A DNA stretch of 42,767 nucleotides from Proteromonas lacertae (GCA_002245135.1 NGBS01000017.1:124001-166767), one strand, 5' to 3'. Counted from the stretch's first letter, positions 25,599 to 37,569 are shown. Numbers and translations are program-made. Notes: a model not told the origin generated them from the sequence alone.

Positions 25599-28500
25599 AT
25601 GCAGAATTTAGCAAAGGATTTATTTCCTGAATTTAATTATTACAATAATACTGAAAAGGATTTAACTAAGAAAAAAATGAAGCAGATTGTATAAATCCGA
25701 AAGTTATTAAATTATTTAGATTGAAATTGTTGGAGAAGGAGACAAAGCTGCTGTAGATGAATATTTTAAATCCACTGTTATTGTATTCTTTATAATTTAA
25801 TGATATGTAGGAGAAACAGCCTCCACAAATCTTACCATATGAAGGTGCTATTGTATGACTATTTATAGTTATAATATTAATTGTAGAATACCACAATGTG
25901 TCCTTCTACCTACAATATTCCCAAATATTGCATACCAATAGAAAATCCAATAACAGATCCAATGAAATTCATTGAAATAATATACGATGTATCAAAAGAA
26001 ACAATGTATAAAGAAGAAAAACAAAGAATAAAAGCTCATCCTTCTTTACCAATAATCTTTACTATAAAACAAGGAGATCATCAAGTTCATATTGTATAAT
26101 AATCATATTTATATTAATAATCAATTATAGAATGAAGAATATCTTCCATTTTCACTTCGAGAAGTTCTATTATCCCAAAAATCAGTTTTACAAATCGAAA
26201 AGCAAGGTGATGCAATCATTCGATTTATCATTTACCAAATATTACAATACCTCTTATATCTTCATAATAAAGGTTTATTTCATGGAAATATTAATCCTTC
26301 AAATATATTTCTCACTGATTCATTGTGGGTAAAGATGGGACCTCCATTGATTTTATCATCTCCACCAACTTACGAATTATTATTATACAGAGATTTAATA
26401 AAGAATCCAGATACAAAAATCGACTTACCATCTTTTACATCATTATGGGCAAGAGGTGAGTTGAGTAATTTTGATTATTTAATGATTATTAACAATGCAG
26501 CTGGTAGAACCATGAATGATAATTGTTTACATCCAATTATGCCTTGGGTTACTGATTTTACTAGTCCTGATAATATAAGAGATTTTAGATATTCGAAGTT
26601 TAGAATGCAAAAAGGTGATAATCAATTAGATTTTACATATAATAATAGCGAATTTCCTCATCATATAGCTGAGAATTTATCAGAATTAACTTATACGATT
26701 TATATGTCTAGAAGAATGCCGATGTATATATTGAAGCAAGTGGTGAGAAGGAATTTTATTGCTAAAGAATATCCTGAAGAGTATATATATATATATATTA
26801 TGTTTTTATTATTGTTTAGTATGAAAAAGATGTTCGAATGGACTCCTGATGAATGTATTCCTGAATTCTTTACAGATGAAATAATATTCAAATCAATCAA
26901 TCCAGAATTAGCAGATTTGAGTATATATTATTAATTATTAATTATTAGAATATCCACAATGGTGTGATTCAGCAAAATCCTTCGATCAATGGCACAAACA
27001 GAAATTAGAATCACCAGAAGTATCAGCTGCTTTACATCAATGGATTGATTTATATTTTGGCTATTTACTAAGTGGTCCAGAAGGTATTAAAGCGAAGAAT
27101 ATTCCATTACATGTTGAATCATCATCATTACGTAAGATGCCAAGTTATGTCCAATTATTTACAAGACCTCATCCTCAAAGGAGATATTATAGTCCAAATA
27201 ATCCAATACCAACGGAATTATTGTCAAGATATTCATTTGAGAATAATAACAATAATGAAACGAATAATGAAACGACTAGTATTCCTTCTGGGACAAGAAG
27301 TCCTCCAATCAATATGAATGACAAAAAATCAGATATAAAACCTGAATCATCAACTACTTTAAAAAATGCTAAAAGTTTTAAATCTAAAAAGAGTGATATT
27401 GATATTGATTTAAACGATTCATTTGATTTATTCTCATCACTTCCATCTATTAATCTCCCAGGAATTGGTAGTAAAACATTAATATCTGAAATTAAACAAA
27501 CTGAAAGAGAATTGCAATTTACTAGAGAATATGATCATATTTTATCACCTTGTTATTTATCACCAGAACAATTATTATCTTCAGATACTGTATATATATA
27601 TATCAGTTATATTGTTTATTATATATTTTAGAATAATTCAATCTATTATGGTCAATGTAGTGATATATTCTCCTTAGCCTGTATTATTGTTGAACTATAC
27701 ACTGGAGAACCACTTTTCTCATTCATATCGTTATACAAATATATCTGTAAAGTAAAGAATCTTAAATCAAAACGTTTAATTATTAATTATTTGTTATTAT
27801 TACCTGCGTTAGAAAGAATACCATTATATATGAGAAATCCAGTCATTCAAATGTTATCAATAGAACCACAAGAAAGATTATCACCTTATTTCCTATTGAA
27901 TTGTCCAATTAGAACATCCAGTGATAATAAATTATACCATACTCCTGCAACTTATATGTTTCCTGAATATTATAATGAATTATATTCGATATTGTATAGA
28001 TTCCATGACACTGAATCTATGAAAGAAAGATTGTCAATATTAAGTGTATATAGAATAATAATATATGTTTTTATATAGATTATTAGAACTACATTTTCAG
28101 CTTACATGTCTCAAGTATATGCTATTATTATTGGTCCATTCCAAACACTCTTAAACAAACAAGGAATTCGTCAAGAATGTTTCAGTTTATTGGTTAATAT
28201 TATGTCCGAATTTCCTCACCAAAGTTTCACTACATTTATAATTCCCATGTTAAGATCTATGATTGAAGATGGTATAACTGACAAAGATTCAGCCTTATTA
28301 ATCTCCGCATTAAATCCTCAATGTCTTACCAATATAATCTTATTAGGAGGTGTGAAAGGATTTATATCATTGTTATTACCATTTATATTGGAGTTATTAT
28401 ATACATCTTCATTTGTTGTAACTAGAGATGTGAGTGAAGCAGCTTGTGATGCTTTGATCCACATTAGTTCACCTGTTGTACTTGGACCATCTTTAACTAT

Positions 28501-30945
28501 TAGATATATATTACCATCATTAGTACACAAATTAGGAAGAAATAAAAAGAATCTATTTGATAAAAGTTTCAATGAAATATTGAAGGAAATAAGTCAATTT
28601 ATGGATGAAAATCCTAAACAATATCCTGATTATAGTATATTAATGAATAAAGATCCAGTAAGTCGAGCAACAACATTTATATCCCAAAGACTACCAGAAG
28701 GAGCTGTAATAATGTTTATATTTGATAGAATCTTAAGAATATTGTTTGTTAATAATATGAAACTATCAGTAGAAGGATTGATGAGTATTCATTGTGGTTT
28801 AGTCACTTTGTATGGAATTTTACCATCTTTAAATAATGAAACTGTTTGTAATGAAATATTGAAAAGAAGTGATAGTGGAATTCAACATTTGTTATTATAT
28901 TTGCCTATTCCATGTGAAAATCAAATTGATAATAACAAAGAAAATGAAATTGAACTATTATTATTTGAAACGGTATTATTTTTAGTAACTGGTAATGTGT
29001 TAATGGGTATAATCATGAGAAATGAAGATATCAGTGAGGTTACAAATTACATAAACCAACCAATTAGTGAATTTTATGATAAAATAATGTATATTTATAC
29101 TCACATTTCTAAAGAGAATGATTTTATTAAATCCTTATTAAGAATGATAACTCGTACATTCTATTTACCACTTTCTTCATTATTTGGTTTAACCGCTCCA
29201 TTACCTAAAGATATGAATAGTGATATATGGAAAGAAATAATAGAAAATCCAATTAATTACGATATACCAATTGAAATGAATAATAACCATACAAAACCAA
29301 TTATTAATCAAAATAATAATCAAAATAATGATAACAATTCACTTCAATTTAGAAGAAGAACAATGTCAATACAATCTCCATTATTAGATTCACTAACTGA
29401 AAGTATTAACACTCCAAATACACCATCATCTCCTAGTATGAATAGTAATAAAACTGAAGATAATAATAGTCAATCAATTCCTACAATGTCATTAAATGAA
29501 CCAGCTGCTGTTGAAACTCCATCAGTAAGTGAGCCAAAAATAATGGAAAAGAAACCAATTCCAAGAATTAATAAAAAGATATATGATTTGTGGATGACTT
29601 CTGATTTAGCTGGATTAGAATATCGTCAATCTGATATTGGTCAAAAATGGAGATTTAGAAATGAATTTAAATACAATTGGAAAGCTCATGATAGTTATAT
29701 TACAGGAATTCATTCATTTAAATCTGAGAAGTTTTTAATCACAATCTCTCACGATTGTAATGCGAAAGTATGGGCAATAGAAAATGAACCTCCAAAATGT
29801 ACATTATTATTGAAACACAGTAAACCAATTATTAGTTCATGTATAATGAACAATGAAGAATGGTTATGTAGTTGTGATGGTTCAATTAAGATTTGGGATA
29901 TTGCTACAGGATCAATGGTGTTGGAACAAAATAATACAACTACTAATTATAAGACTGTCGCTGTATTATATATATATATATATGATTATTTATTTATAGA
30001 GTGTTCCATATCCATATTCAGTTTCTTCAGGAATAGGTATTGCAGAAGGTAGAAGTCAATTATACTGTGGAAGTCATAACTTATTGAGTTGTATTGATGT
30101 AAGAAGTCATGGTATGGAATGTTCTTTTGCTGGACAATGGTGTTTATCAAACAGCGGTAGTTTAAGTAATGTCAGTGTTAATTCTATAAATGTTTCTAAT
30201 TCAAATAACAGTAATTCTAGTGGTAATAGTGGTAATAGTAATACAGTTAATAGCAGTAATAGTAGCAATAATAGTGATAATAAACAATCTTATGGATATA
30301 TTACTTCAATTTGTCATTATAATGAATATGAAGTTGCTTGTGGTACAACATCTGGTTATATATTTATATTTGATACAAGATCTAATAGTTTGTTATATAA
30401 ATGGCAAGGACATGATAATACTGTATTTCAGATATTGTGTTGGAACAAACATAGTTTGATCACTATTGGTTCTGATAATTTATATCTTTTTTTCTATTGT
30501 ATGTTTTAGTTATTTTTCTTTAATTTTAATGGATTTTTTTACAATAAAGAGTTGGAATTTATGTGGTTTTAGTGAAAATGATTTGATCAACAGTCGTGGA
30601 GCTATTATAATGTCCAATAAGTTGAATTCTGTTAATGATTTATATCCTTCTAATTATTCTTCTCATATTTATAGTTATGGTGAAAATATAGACTTGTTAT
30701 GTGTTAATGGTGATTCTGTCTATCAAACTACCTTTAATGCTGTATATTTATAATAATTATATTCATTATAGAATGAAGTAGCTTCTCCATTATATGAAAT
30801 CCCATTAAATGATGCTTCAAATTCTGCAAATAATATAAGTGGTGGTGAAAAGCTAAATCATTCCAATAAATGTTTGGAATTATTGCCATTTCATAGAGTT
30901 ATTGCTTTTGGAAGAGAAGATGGTTCTATTTCAATCGCACAATAA
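25599..30945 (+). CDS. WDR81: WDR81/GFS12-like protein: pseudokinase + BEACH + WD40
   Basis: LHNKGLFHGNINPSNIFL (pseudokinase); WARGELSNFDYLMIINNAAGR...HPIMPWVTDF, SKFRMQKGDNQLDFTY, EWTPDECIPEFF, HQWIDLYFGY (BEACH); DIFSLACIIVELYTG; C-terminal WD40 repeats (AHDSYIT, IKIWDIATG, GHDNTV). Many short introns. Confidence 0.9.
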
Positions 30946-31042
30946 TTTCTATTATATTTTTTATAACTTCATTTTGTTGTTCTTTTATATATTGAGATAA
31001 AAATACAATAAAAAATAAAACAACACATAATCATTATAAAAT

Positions 31043-31911
31043 CTAAAGTTTCATTCCTCCTGCTATTCTTAATACTTCACCTGTTATATAAGATGATAAA
31101 TCACTACATAAAAACACAATTGGTTCTGCAATTTCATCTTTTTCAGCAAATCTTTTCATTCCAATCATATCTAAATATCTGTTTTTTATCTTTTCTGGAA
31201 TATCTTTTGTTAAATCAGTATTTGTAAAACCTGGCTCAACCATATTAACTCTTATTCCATATTTCATCACTTCTTTACTCAATGTCTTTGTAAAACCTAT
31301 TAATCCACTTTTTGTAGCAGAATAGATAGTTTGACCATAATTACCTTCACTTCCTACTATACTGCCTATATTCACAATTGCACCATTTTCCCCTTTGTTT
31401 TTCATCATTAATGGAAGATAATATTTACTCATATATATTGGACCAAGAAGATTTGTGTTAATTACATCACTTATATCTTCAATCTTTGATTTCACCAATA
31501 AATTATCTTTTGCTATACCAGCACCATTTACTAATATATCAATCTTTGAAAAATGTTCTTCAATTTTAGATACAGACTTTCTAAATCATTATATTTTTGA
31601 TTATATACTTTATAGCATCAATATTTGAAACATCACATTTCACAGCAATATGATTTTGACTGTCATATAGCTCTATATAAATAGAATAAACAAAATAAGT
31701 ACTAGGTAATAATTGTACTGCACCATTTAATGTCTTCTCATTTCTTCCAAATATAGCAACATTTGCACCTGTCTTTGCTAGCAGCATAGCAACAGATCCT
31801 CCTATTCCTCTACTTCCACCTGTAACTATAGCATTACGACCTTTAAGCACTATATATGAATTTATAGATATTTATAATACAAGTAGAAGAAAAACCAACG
31901 AGATTAACCAT
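31043..31911 (-). CDS. fabG: 3-oxoacyl-[ACP] reductase (FabG/CBR4-like short-chain dehydrogenase)
   Basis: TGGSRGIG, IDILVNGAGIAKD, VNIGSIVGSEGNYGQTIYSATKSG (YxxxK), VNMVEPGFTNTDLT, SYITGEVLRIAGG. Short first exon from ATG 31911. Confidence 0.88.
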
Positions 31912-32079
31912 TTTTTTCTTTTTGTTTTAATGAAACGAATATAATTTCATTTTCTCTTAAAACCAACATATACATAATATAATTAAAAATAAATATCAAT
32001 TCTTGATATTATAATGCTTTTAAAGAAATAAACAACCTTAATTCTTATGTCACAACATTAATATATTTTCATTTGTCAC

Positions 32080-34475
32080 TTAGTTAATATATTTTCTTCT
32101 ATACAATCCAACTATTATTCCATCATCTAAACTTGTAATACGAAACGCATCAGTTTGAGGGCCTTTTGGGAATAAAAACAACTTCCCACCACATACATCA
32201 GAAACAACACATCTATTCTTTTCTTTCATATACATCAGCAATCTATCATATCCTTCTCTATCTGCAGTAGAATATGGCATCATATAAAACAAAATATGAG
32301 GAGTTGAACATTGAGCTACATTAATAATTGCATTGAAATTTGTTCTTAATGGAAAATCAATTGTACTTGGAAATCTAACCATTAATGGATCGATTTGTGC
32401 TTGAAGTAAAAAAATACTTGCAGTACAAAAGAAATCATTTTGTTTACACAATCTACCACTCCAATATACTTGTTTTGGATCAACATCATATTTTCTCAAC
32501 ATATTTTGTTCATTATTATTAAATTGATGATCTTGAGGTTGTTGTTGTTGTGAATATTGATAAGAAGGCATTGGAGGAATGCTAATACTATTATTATTAT
32601 AATTATTGTATGAAGGAGAAGCATTTGAAGTAGATGGTTGAAAAGATGATTGTGGATTTGAATAATAAGAATTATTATATGAAGGTTGTTGTTGTTGTTG
32701 TTGTGATTGTGAAAGTAGATATGATGGTGGAGGTGATTGATTATAATATGATGACGACTGTTGAGGAGATTGAGATATATGAGATGGAGAATTATTATAT
32801 CTTGGTGGACTTCTATCTCTTCTTTTCCATTCATCATCATCATTATTATTATTTCTATTAAATGAAGATGAAGATGGAGATGAACCCCATTCATTATTAC
32901 TGCTTCTTCTACCACTATTATTTTGATTATCTTTTTCTGGACATTCTCTTGCAAAATGACCTGTTTTATGACATATAAAACATTCTCTTCCACCACTTCC
33001 ACCACCTCTTCTTCCAAAACCACCTCTTCCTCCTCTGTCTCTAGAATCACTTCCAAATCTACTACTACTACTACTACTACTACCCCATGAATCATTACTA
33101 AATTTTCTATTACTGCTTCCCCATGAATCATTTGATTTTTGATTTCTATCACTTGAACTTGCCCATCCATTATTATCATCATTATTACTACTATGTTTAG
33201 AATCTTCAATTGGATGTTTCCATTCATTATTATCATCTTCTTTTGTTTTACTATTTCCCCAACTACTTGATCCATCTCCCCAACTGCTTTTATTCTCCAT
33301 AGGTTTTGATTTTTCTTCTTCTTTTACTGTTGTTGCTATTGTTTCAGTTTTTGATTCACCCCATCCACTTTCATTATTTCCCCAATCATTATTGTTACTA
33401 TTTCCACTATCATTCCATAAATCATCAGGATTAACCTTCAGTTTTTCTTCTTCTTCTTCTCTTTCATTTCTTCTTCCACCTCTTCCTCTTCCTCTTCTTC
33501 CACCACCTCTTCCTCCTCTTCCACCACCTCTTCCACCCCTTCTATTATCACTTCTATATTCAGAATCAATGAGTTTTTCTTCTTCTTCTTTCTTCTTAGC
33601 TTCTTCTATTTTACTACTATCACCCCAGCTATTATCTTCATTTCCCCAATTATTGTCATTATTATTATCACCCCATAATTCATCAACATTCACTTTAGGC
33701 TTTTCTTCATCTACTCTTTTATCATTATTACTTCTTTCTCTATTATTTCCATTATCCTTACTTGTGATGTGTTTTTCTTCTTTCACTTTCTTTTCTTCTT
33801 TTTTTGATTCTCCCCATCCACTTTCATTATTTCCCCAATCATTATTATTACCACTATCATTCCATAAATCATCAGGATTTACTTTTGTTTTTTTCTCTTC
33901 CATTTCTCTTTCATTTCTTTTTCCATCTCTTTCTCCTCTTCTATTGTCTCTATTTTCATTTCTATTCTCACAGTATGATGGCTTTTCTTTTTTTTCTTTC
34001 TTCTTAGTTTCTTCTTTTTTACTACTATCACCCCAGCTATTATCTTCATTTCCCCAATTATCATTATTATTATTATCCCATAATTCATCAACATTCACTT
34101 TAGGCTTTTTTTCATTATTATTACCATCTTTGAAATTACTTCCTCTTTTGTATGACGGTGTACATTTCTCATATGAATCTTCACGTTTAGGTTGAGATTT
34201 CATATACTTTGGAGATGATTTGCTTTTATCAATTTGAGGAGTTGAGTTGACTGTAGAACATTCATTAGGAATATCTCTTAATTCACCTTCTTCGACTATT
34301 ATAACTATATTTATTCAAATATACGTTCATTATCTTCAACTTTTTTATTTTTATCTAATCCATCACTATTTAATCCGGTGTGATTATTGTCATTTTCAAT
34401 TACATTATTATTGCAACTTGTATCTACTGCTAATCCTTTGTTTTGTTCTGTTTCAGATTTGCCTTCAGTTTCCAT
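32080..34475 (-). CDS. WG/GW-repeat, RGG, CCHC zinc-knuckle and C-terminal SPOC-domain protein (~790 aa)
   Basis: ATG 34475; intron 34296-34324 joins in frame to ORF 32080-34203 and creates LEEGEL. About 15 WG/GW motifs, RGG boxes, CFICHKTGHFARECP, and SPOC-like VYWSGRLCK...FPSTIDFPLRT...RLLMYMKEKNRCVV...KLFLFP. Confidence 0.8.
33350..34110 (-). repeat. Intragenic duplication of a two-part WG-repeat module
   Basis: KPKVNVDELW..NNWGNEDNSWGDSSK at ~34015-34110 and ~33608-33705; KVNPDDLWNDSGN.NDWGNNESGWGESK at ~33802-33885 and ~33350-33440. Copies are near-identical at DNA level. Confidence 0.9.
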
Positions 34476-34704
34476 TGTAATATATTACTGAATCGAAATA
34501 ATCTGCAAAATAATGTATGGATTGCAACAAACTTTATGATAAAGAGAAAGAGCTAAAAATTGATTTATCACAATGCTTGAGCACTCAAATCATTCAAATG
34601 GGTGTTGGAAAATTTTGGATTAGTTATTTTCTTCTCTTTTTGTTTTTTTGCAGTAATTAGTGAATATTTATAATATACATAAGCACATATAATATAAATG
34701 CATG

Positions 34705-34830
34705 AAATCCTCTTTTATAGAGGATCCTCTTCTAAAAGAGGATTTTTAGATCCTCTTTAAAAGAGGAAATATAAATTTTATAAAATCCTCTTATTAAAAA
34801 AGATGACAAATGAAAAATCCTCTATGCTAA
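34705..34830. repeat. Cluster of short TCCTCT(T)...(A)AGAGGA palindromes/hairpins
   Basis: AAATCCTCTTTTATAGAGGATCCTCTTCTAAAAGAGGATTTTTAGATCCTCTTTAAAAGAGGA: three overlapping hairpins, followed by further AAATCCTCT half-sites. Confidence 0.8.
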
Positions 34831-34957
34831 ACATAATATTATTGAAAAAATTTGAAAAGTCTACTGATGAATTATTAAAAATTCTTCATCCAATATGATA
34901 CCATCATACTAGAGGATTATAATTTATTATGTGTCTATCTGACCAGCCCCCCTGTGG

Positions 34958-35015
34958 GGGGCCGATGGGGGGATGCCGGCGGGTGGAGGACTAGACTATA
35001 GTATAGACTAGAATA
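34958..35015 (+). repeat. Left arm of (sub)terminal inverted repeat
   Basis: GGGGCCGATGGGGGGATGCCGGCGGGTGGAGGACTAGACTATAGTATAGACTAGAATA is the reverse complement of 42711-42767 apart from one extra C. Confidence 0.95.
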
Positions 35016-35131
35016 TTATAAAATGTTATAGAAGAGGATTTGAAGTGTCTATTACACTATAGTTATGTATTTAGATCAAAAGAGGAAAAACAAAAGTCAT
35101 CTCATAAAGAGGAATTATCATTATCATCTAA

Positions 35132-36553
35132 TTAATGTGCACCTTCCAATGTCTTGATTCTGTCTTCAATAGGCTTCAATCCTTCTTTAACTTTGCTAAC
35201 ATCCTGCTGTATTGCATTAATTTCATCTTCATAATCATCTTTGGCTTTTTTTGAATCTATAAACTGTTTCTTGTAAGATGCTTTGTCAGGGAAGTTCTGG
35301 ATATCTTTAGAATTGTACTGCTCTTTATACTTATGCATCTCTTTGAGTAATTCATCCATTCGAGCTGATTTCTTGTAAGCCTTGTTCATTTGATTTTTCT
35401 TGTATTTCATTAATTCTGTCTTCAGGTACTTACAGGTGTTGATGGACAGGATGCTGATGTACTTTGTTAAAGATCCTTTGTCGTACCATTGATTAATACT
35501 GCACTTCTTGTTCAACAGCATCTCGAACAGTTCTGAATCTGTGTACCTCTTTGAAGGATCTGGTGGAGGAATTTCAGCTACTTTTCTCTGCTTTTTCTTT
35601 TCATCCTCCTTTTTTACTGACTGAGGTCTTTGCCTCTTCTTTGCTACAATTACTTTTTCATCATCTGAATCTGTATCACTTTCTGATACTATAATCTGAG
35701 GAATATCCTCCTTTTCAATTTCTTTTACTACTTCTTTGACTTTCTTCAATTTGCTTAGATCCTTTGGAGGAATTGTTTCAGGAGAGGATTTAGATATCTT
35801 TTTGACATTAAACTTATTCAGTATTGATGTTTTTTGTAACACCTCTTTAATAGGATCTGATTTTGGTTTTGGAGGAAGCTCTGGAGGTGGTGGTTCTTCA
35901 AAATCATCATCAGGTTCAATAATAGATGCATGTTTTTTTTGCCATTCTTTTTGACGTTTAAATACATTTTTTGCATGTTTAAGTTTTTTAAGGTGGTTTA
36001 ACTGTTTCTCTCTTTCCTTTTCATCTAGTGATACTATATCCTCTTTATCACTTTCTTCAAGATCTTCATCCCTGATTTCTTTAAGTTCTTTGAGGAATTC
36101 CTCTTTTTCAAGCATCCATTTCTATGTATATATAAATAATCAAATATACCTCAGGACTTTTCTTACTTTCCTCTTTTTCACTTTCCTCCATTTCCTCCTT
36201 TTCCTCCATTTCCTCCTTTTCCTCCTTTTCCTCCATTTCCTCCTTTTCCTCCATTTCCTCCTTTTCCTCCTTTTCCTCCTTTTCATAATGTTTCCAAGTC
36301 TATTGCAAGTATAATACATACAAAATATACTCCAGCAGGATTGTCATTTAGTTGATTAATAAATGCACCAAGTTGAGAGTATAATCCTCTCACAACAGCA
36401 TCATCCTCCTTGCTCCATTTTTCACGGGGGTAAATTGGTTGACTTCCCAAGAACTTAGTAAAAGTCCTACATTATATAAATAACAAAATATTACCTAGTA
36501 GCTTCTGCTGTAGCAACTGTTAATTTCAATATCTCAGTAGTATTAATTTCCAT
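35132..36553 (-). CDS. Element-encoded spliced hypothetical protein: charged, proline-rich middle, coiled-coil C-terminus
   Basis: ATG 36553 (an in-frame ATG also lies at 36574). Three ~28-31 nt GT..AG introns join MEINTTE..., TFTKFLG...REKWSKEDDAVVRGLYSQLG..., the (EEK/EEM)n exon and ORF 35132-36115 in one frame. Confidence 0.7.
36183..36286 (-). repeat. 9-bp coding minisatellite GAGGAA(AAG/ATG), ~11 copies
   Basis: Plus strand (TTTCCTCCA/T)n, encoding EEK/EEM repeats. Confidence 0.9.
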
Positions 36554-36768
36554 ATATTTGAAAATTCTAACCATAAAAATGGCAGGAAAACTCAGAATGA
36601 AAAGTAACGGCAAATTTACTTAAAAAGTAACGGTCGATTATGATTGGAGGATTTTCCTTCGTTACAAAAACCGTTATTTTTTACGAAAAAAGAGGATTTT
36701 CGAAACCCAAAAAAGGAACTTAGAAAAAAATCATTAATTAGGATTTTAAAATTACTCTATAACATTTT

Positions 36769-37098
36769 CTAAATTGTATCAGAATATTTTGACGGAGGAT
36801 AGTGTAATCTTCCACTGCTTGTTCTATATGTCTTGTTTATGGAGGATAATTCCTCATTTTCTTCAATAATATCCTCTTCCTCATCATCCTCTTTTTTATT
36901 TGTGCTTCCCAAATTATGTTGAATTTCCTCAACAACTTCAATGACTTTAGGAGGACAATATGCTTTATAAGTATAATATACAATTTTGATGACTTCTGTT
37001 ACAACCCAAAGGATGACATATACTAAGAGGATTCCTATACTTTCCTTGATTTCCTCAACATTTGTCTCTAAGACAGTCTCATTATTTTTTGATAACAT
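36769..37098 (-). CDS. Element-encoded small single-pass membrane protein
   Basis: 109-aa ORF with hydrophobic stretch IGILLVYVILWVVTEVIKIVYY and an acidic then basic tail. Confidence 0.6.
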   Translation of the reverse strand: MLSKNNETVLETNVEEIKESIGILLVYVILWVVTEVIKIVYYTYKAYCPPKVIEVVEEIQHNLGSTNKKEDDEEEDIIEENEELSSINKTYRTSSGRLHYPPSKYSDTI

Positions 37099-37164
37099 TT
37101 TGTAATTATGAGAGTATAATATACAAAAACAACAAGAAAATTAAAAATGAAATTAATTATTGTT

Positions 37165-37569
37165 TTATTCATCATCATCATCATCATCTTCATCTAAAGG
37201 ATCATATAATAAATGAAGCTGTAAATATCTTCTTTGTCTTACGTTAAGATTTCCACGAAGCAAAATTGGAGGATTAGGCGATGGATTAAAGATTAATTCA
37301 GGTAAATCAAGTTGCATAGATCTCATTCCGGTTCCAATAAACCATAATTCTGGTTCATCATTAACATCGCTAGTACGATATGGTACTACATGAATCCATC
37401 TATCTCCACCCATAATAATATTCTGTAATACTTGAGGATTAAATTTGATATACCATATAATCTGATATGTATTTCCTCTATCTATTACCGCATACCTGTA
37501 TAATTTGCAAACTACAGGTCCAACATTATTTGCTTTTAATGAAAAAGTATTAATTCTATATCTAGGCAT
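37165..37569 (-). CDS. Element-encoded hypothetical beta-rich protein with acidic tail (~134 aa)
   Basis: True ATG at 37569 (MPRYRINTFSLK...); ends DEDDDDDDE*; no family recognised. Confidence 0.6.
   Translation of the reverse strand: MPRYRINTFSLKANNVGPVVCKLYRYAVIDRGNTYQIIWYIKFNPQVLQNIIMGGDRWIHVVPYRTSDVNDEPELWFIGTGMRSMQLDLPELIFNPSPNPPILLRGNLNVRQRRYLQLHLLYDPLDEDDDDDDE

Noticed and set aside
26130..27900. BEACH domain inserted in a split pseudokinase as a novel fusion
   Set aside because: This is the known WDR81/GFS12 architecture.
33392..34195. 267-aa plus-strand ORF, the 259-aa alternative-frame ORF 32496-33275 and other small ORFs overlapping the SPOC gene
   Set aside because: Shadow frames of low-complexity coding sequence; S/L/F- or I/V/M-rich translations with no motifs.
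1..34475. Stop codons created by polyadenylation, or a reassigned genetic code
   Set aside because: Every gene I could model has a genomic TAA, TAG or TGA at the expected end; internal stops are explained by introns.
34705..34830. CRISPR-like repeat-spacer array
   Set aside because: Units are short overlapping palindromes without unique constant-length spacers; no cas genes; eukaryotic context.
34475..34960. Target-site duplication or canonical Polinton AGT...ACT terminus
   Set aside because: Cannot be assessed because the right end is cut by the window; no left terminus could be fixed from one side alone.
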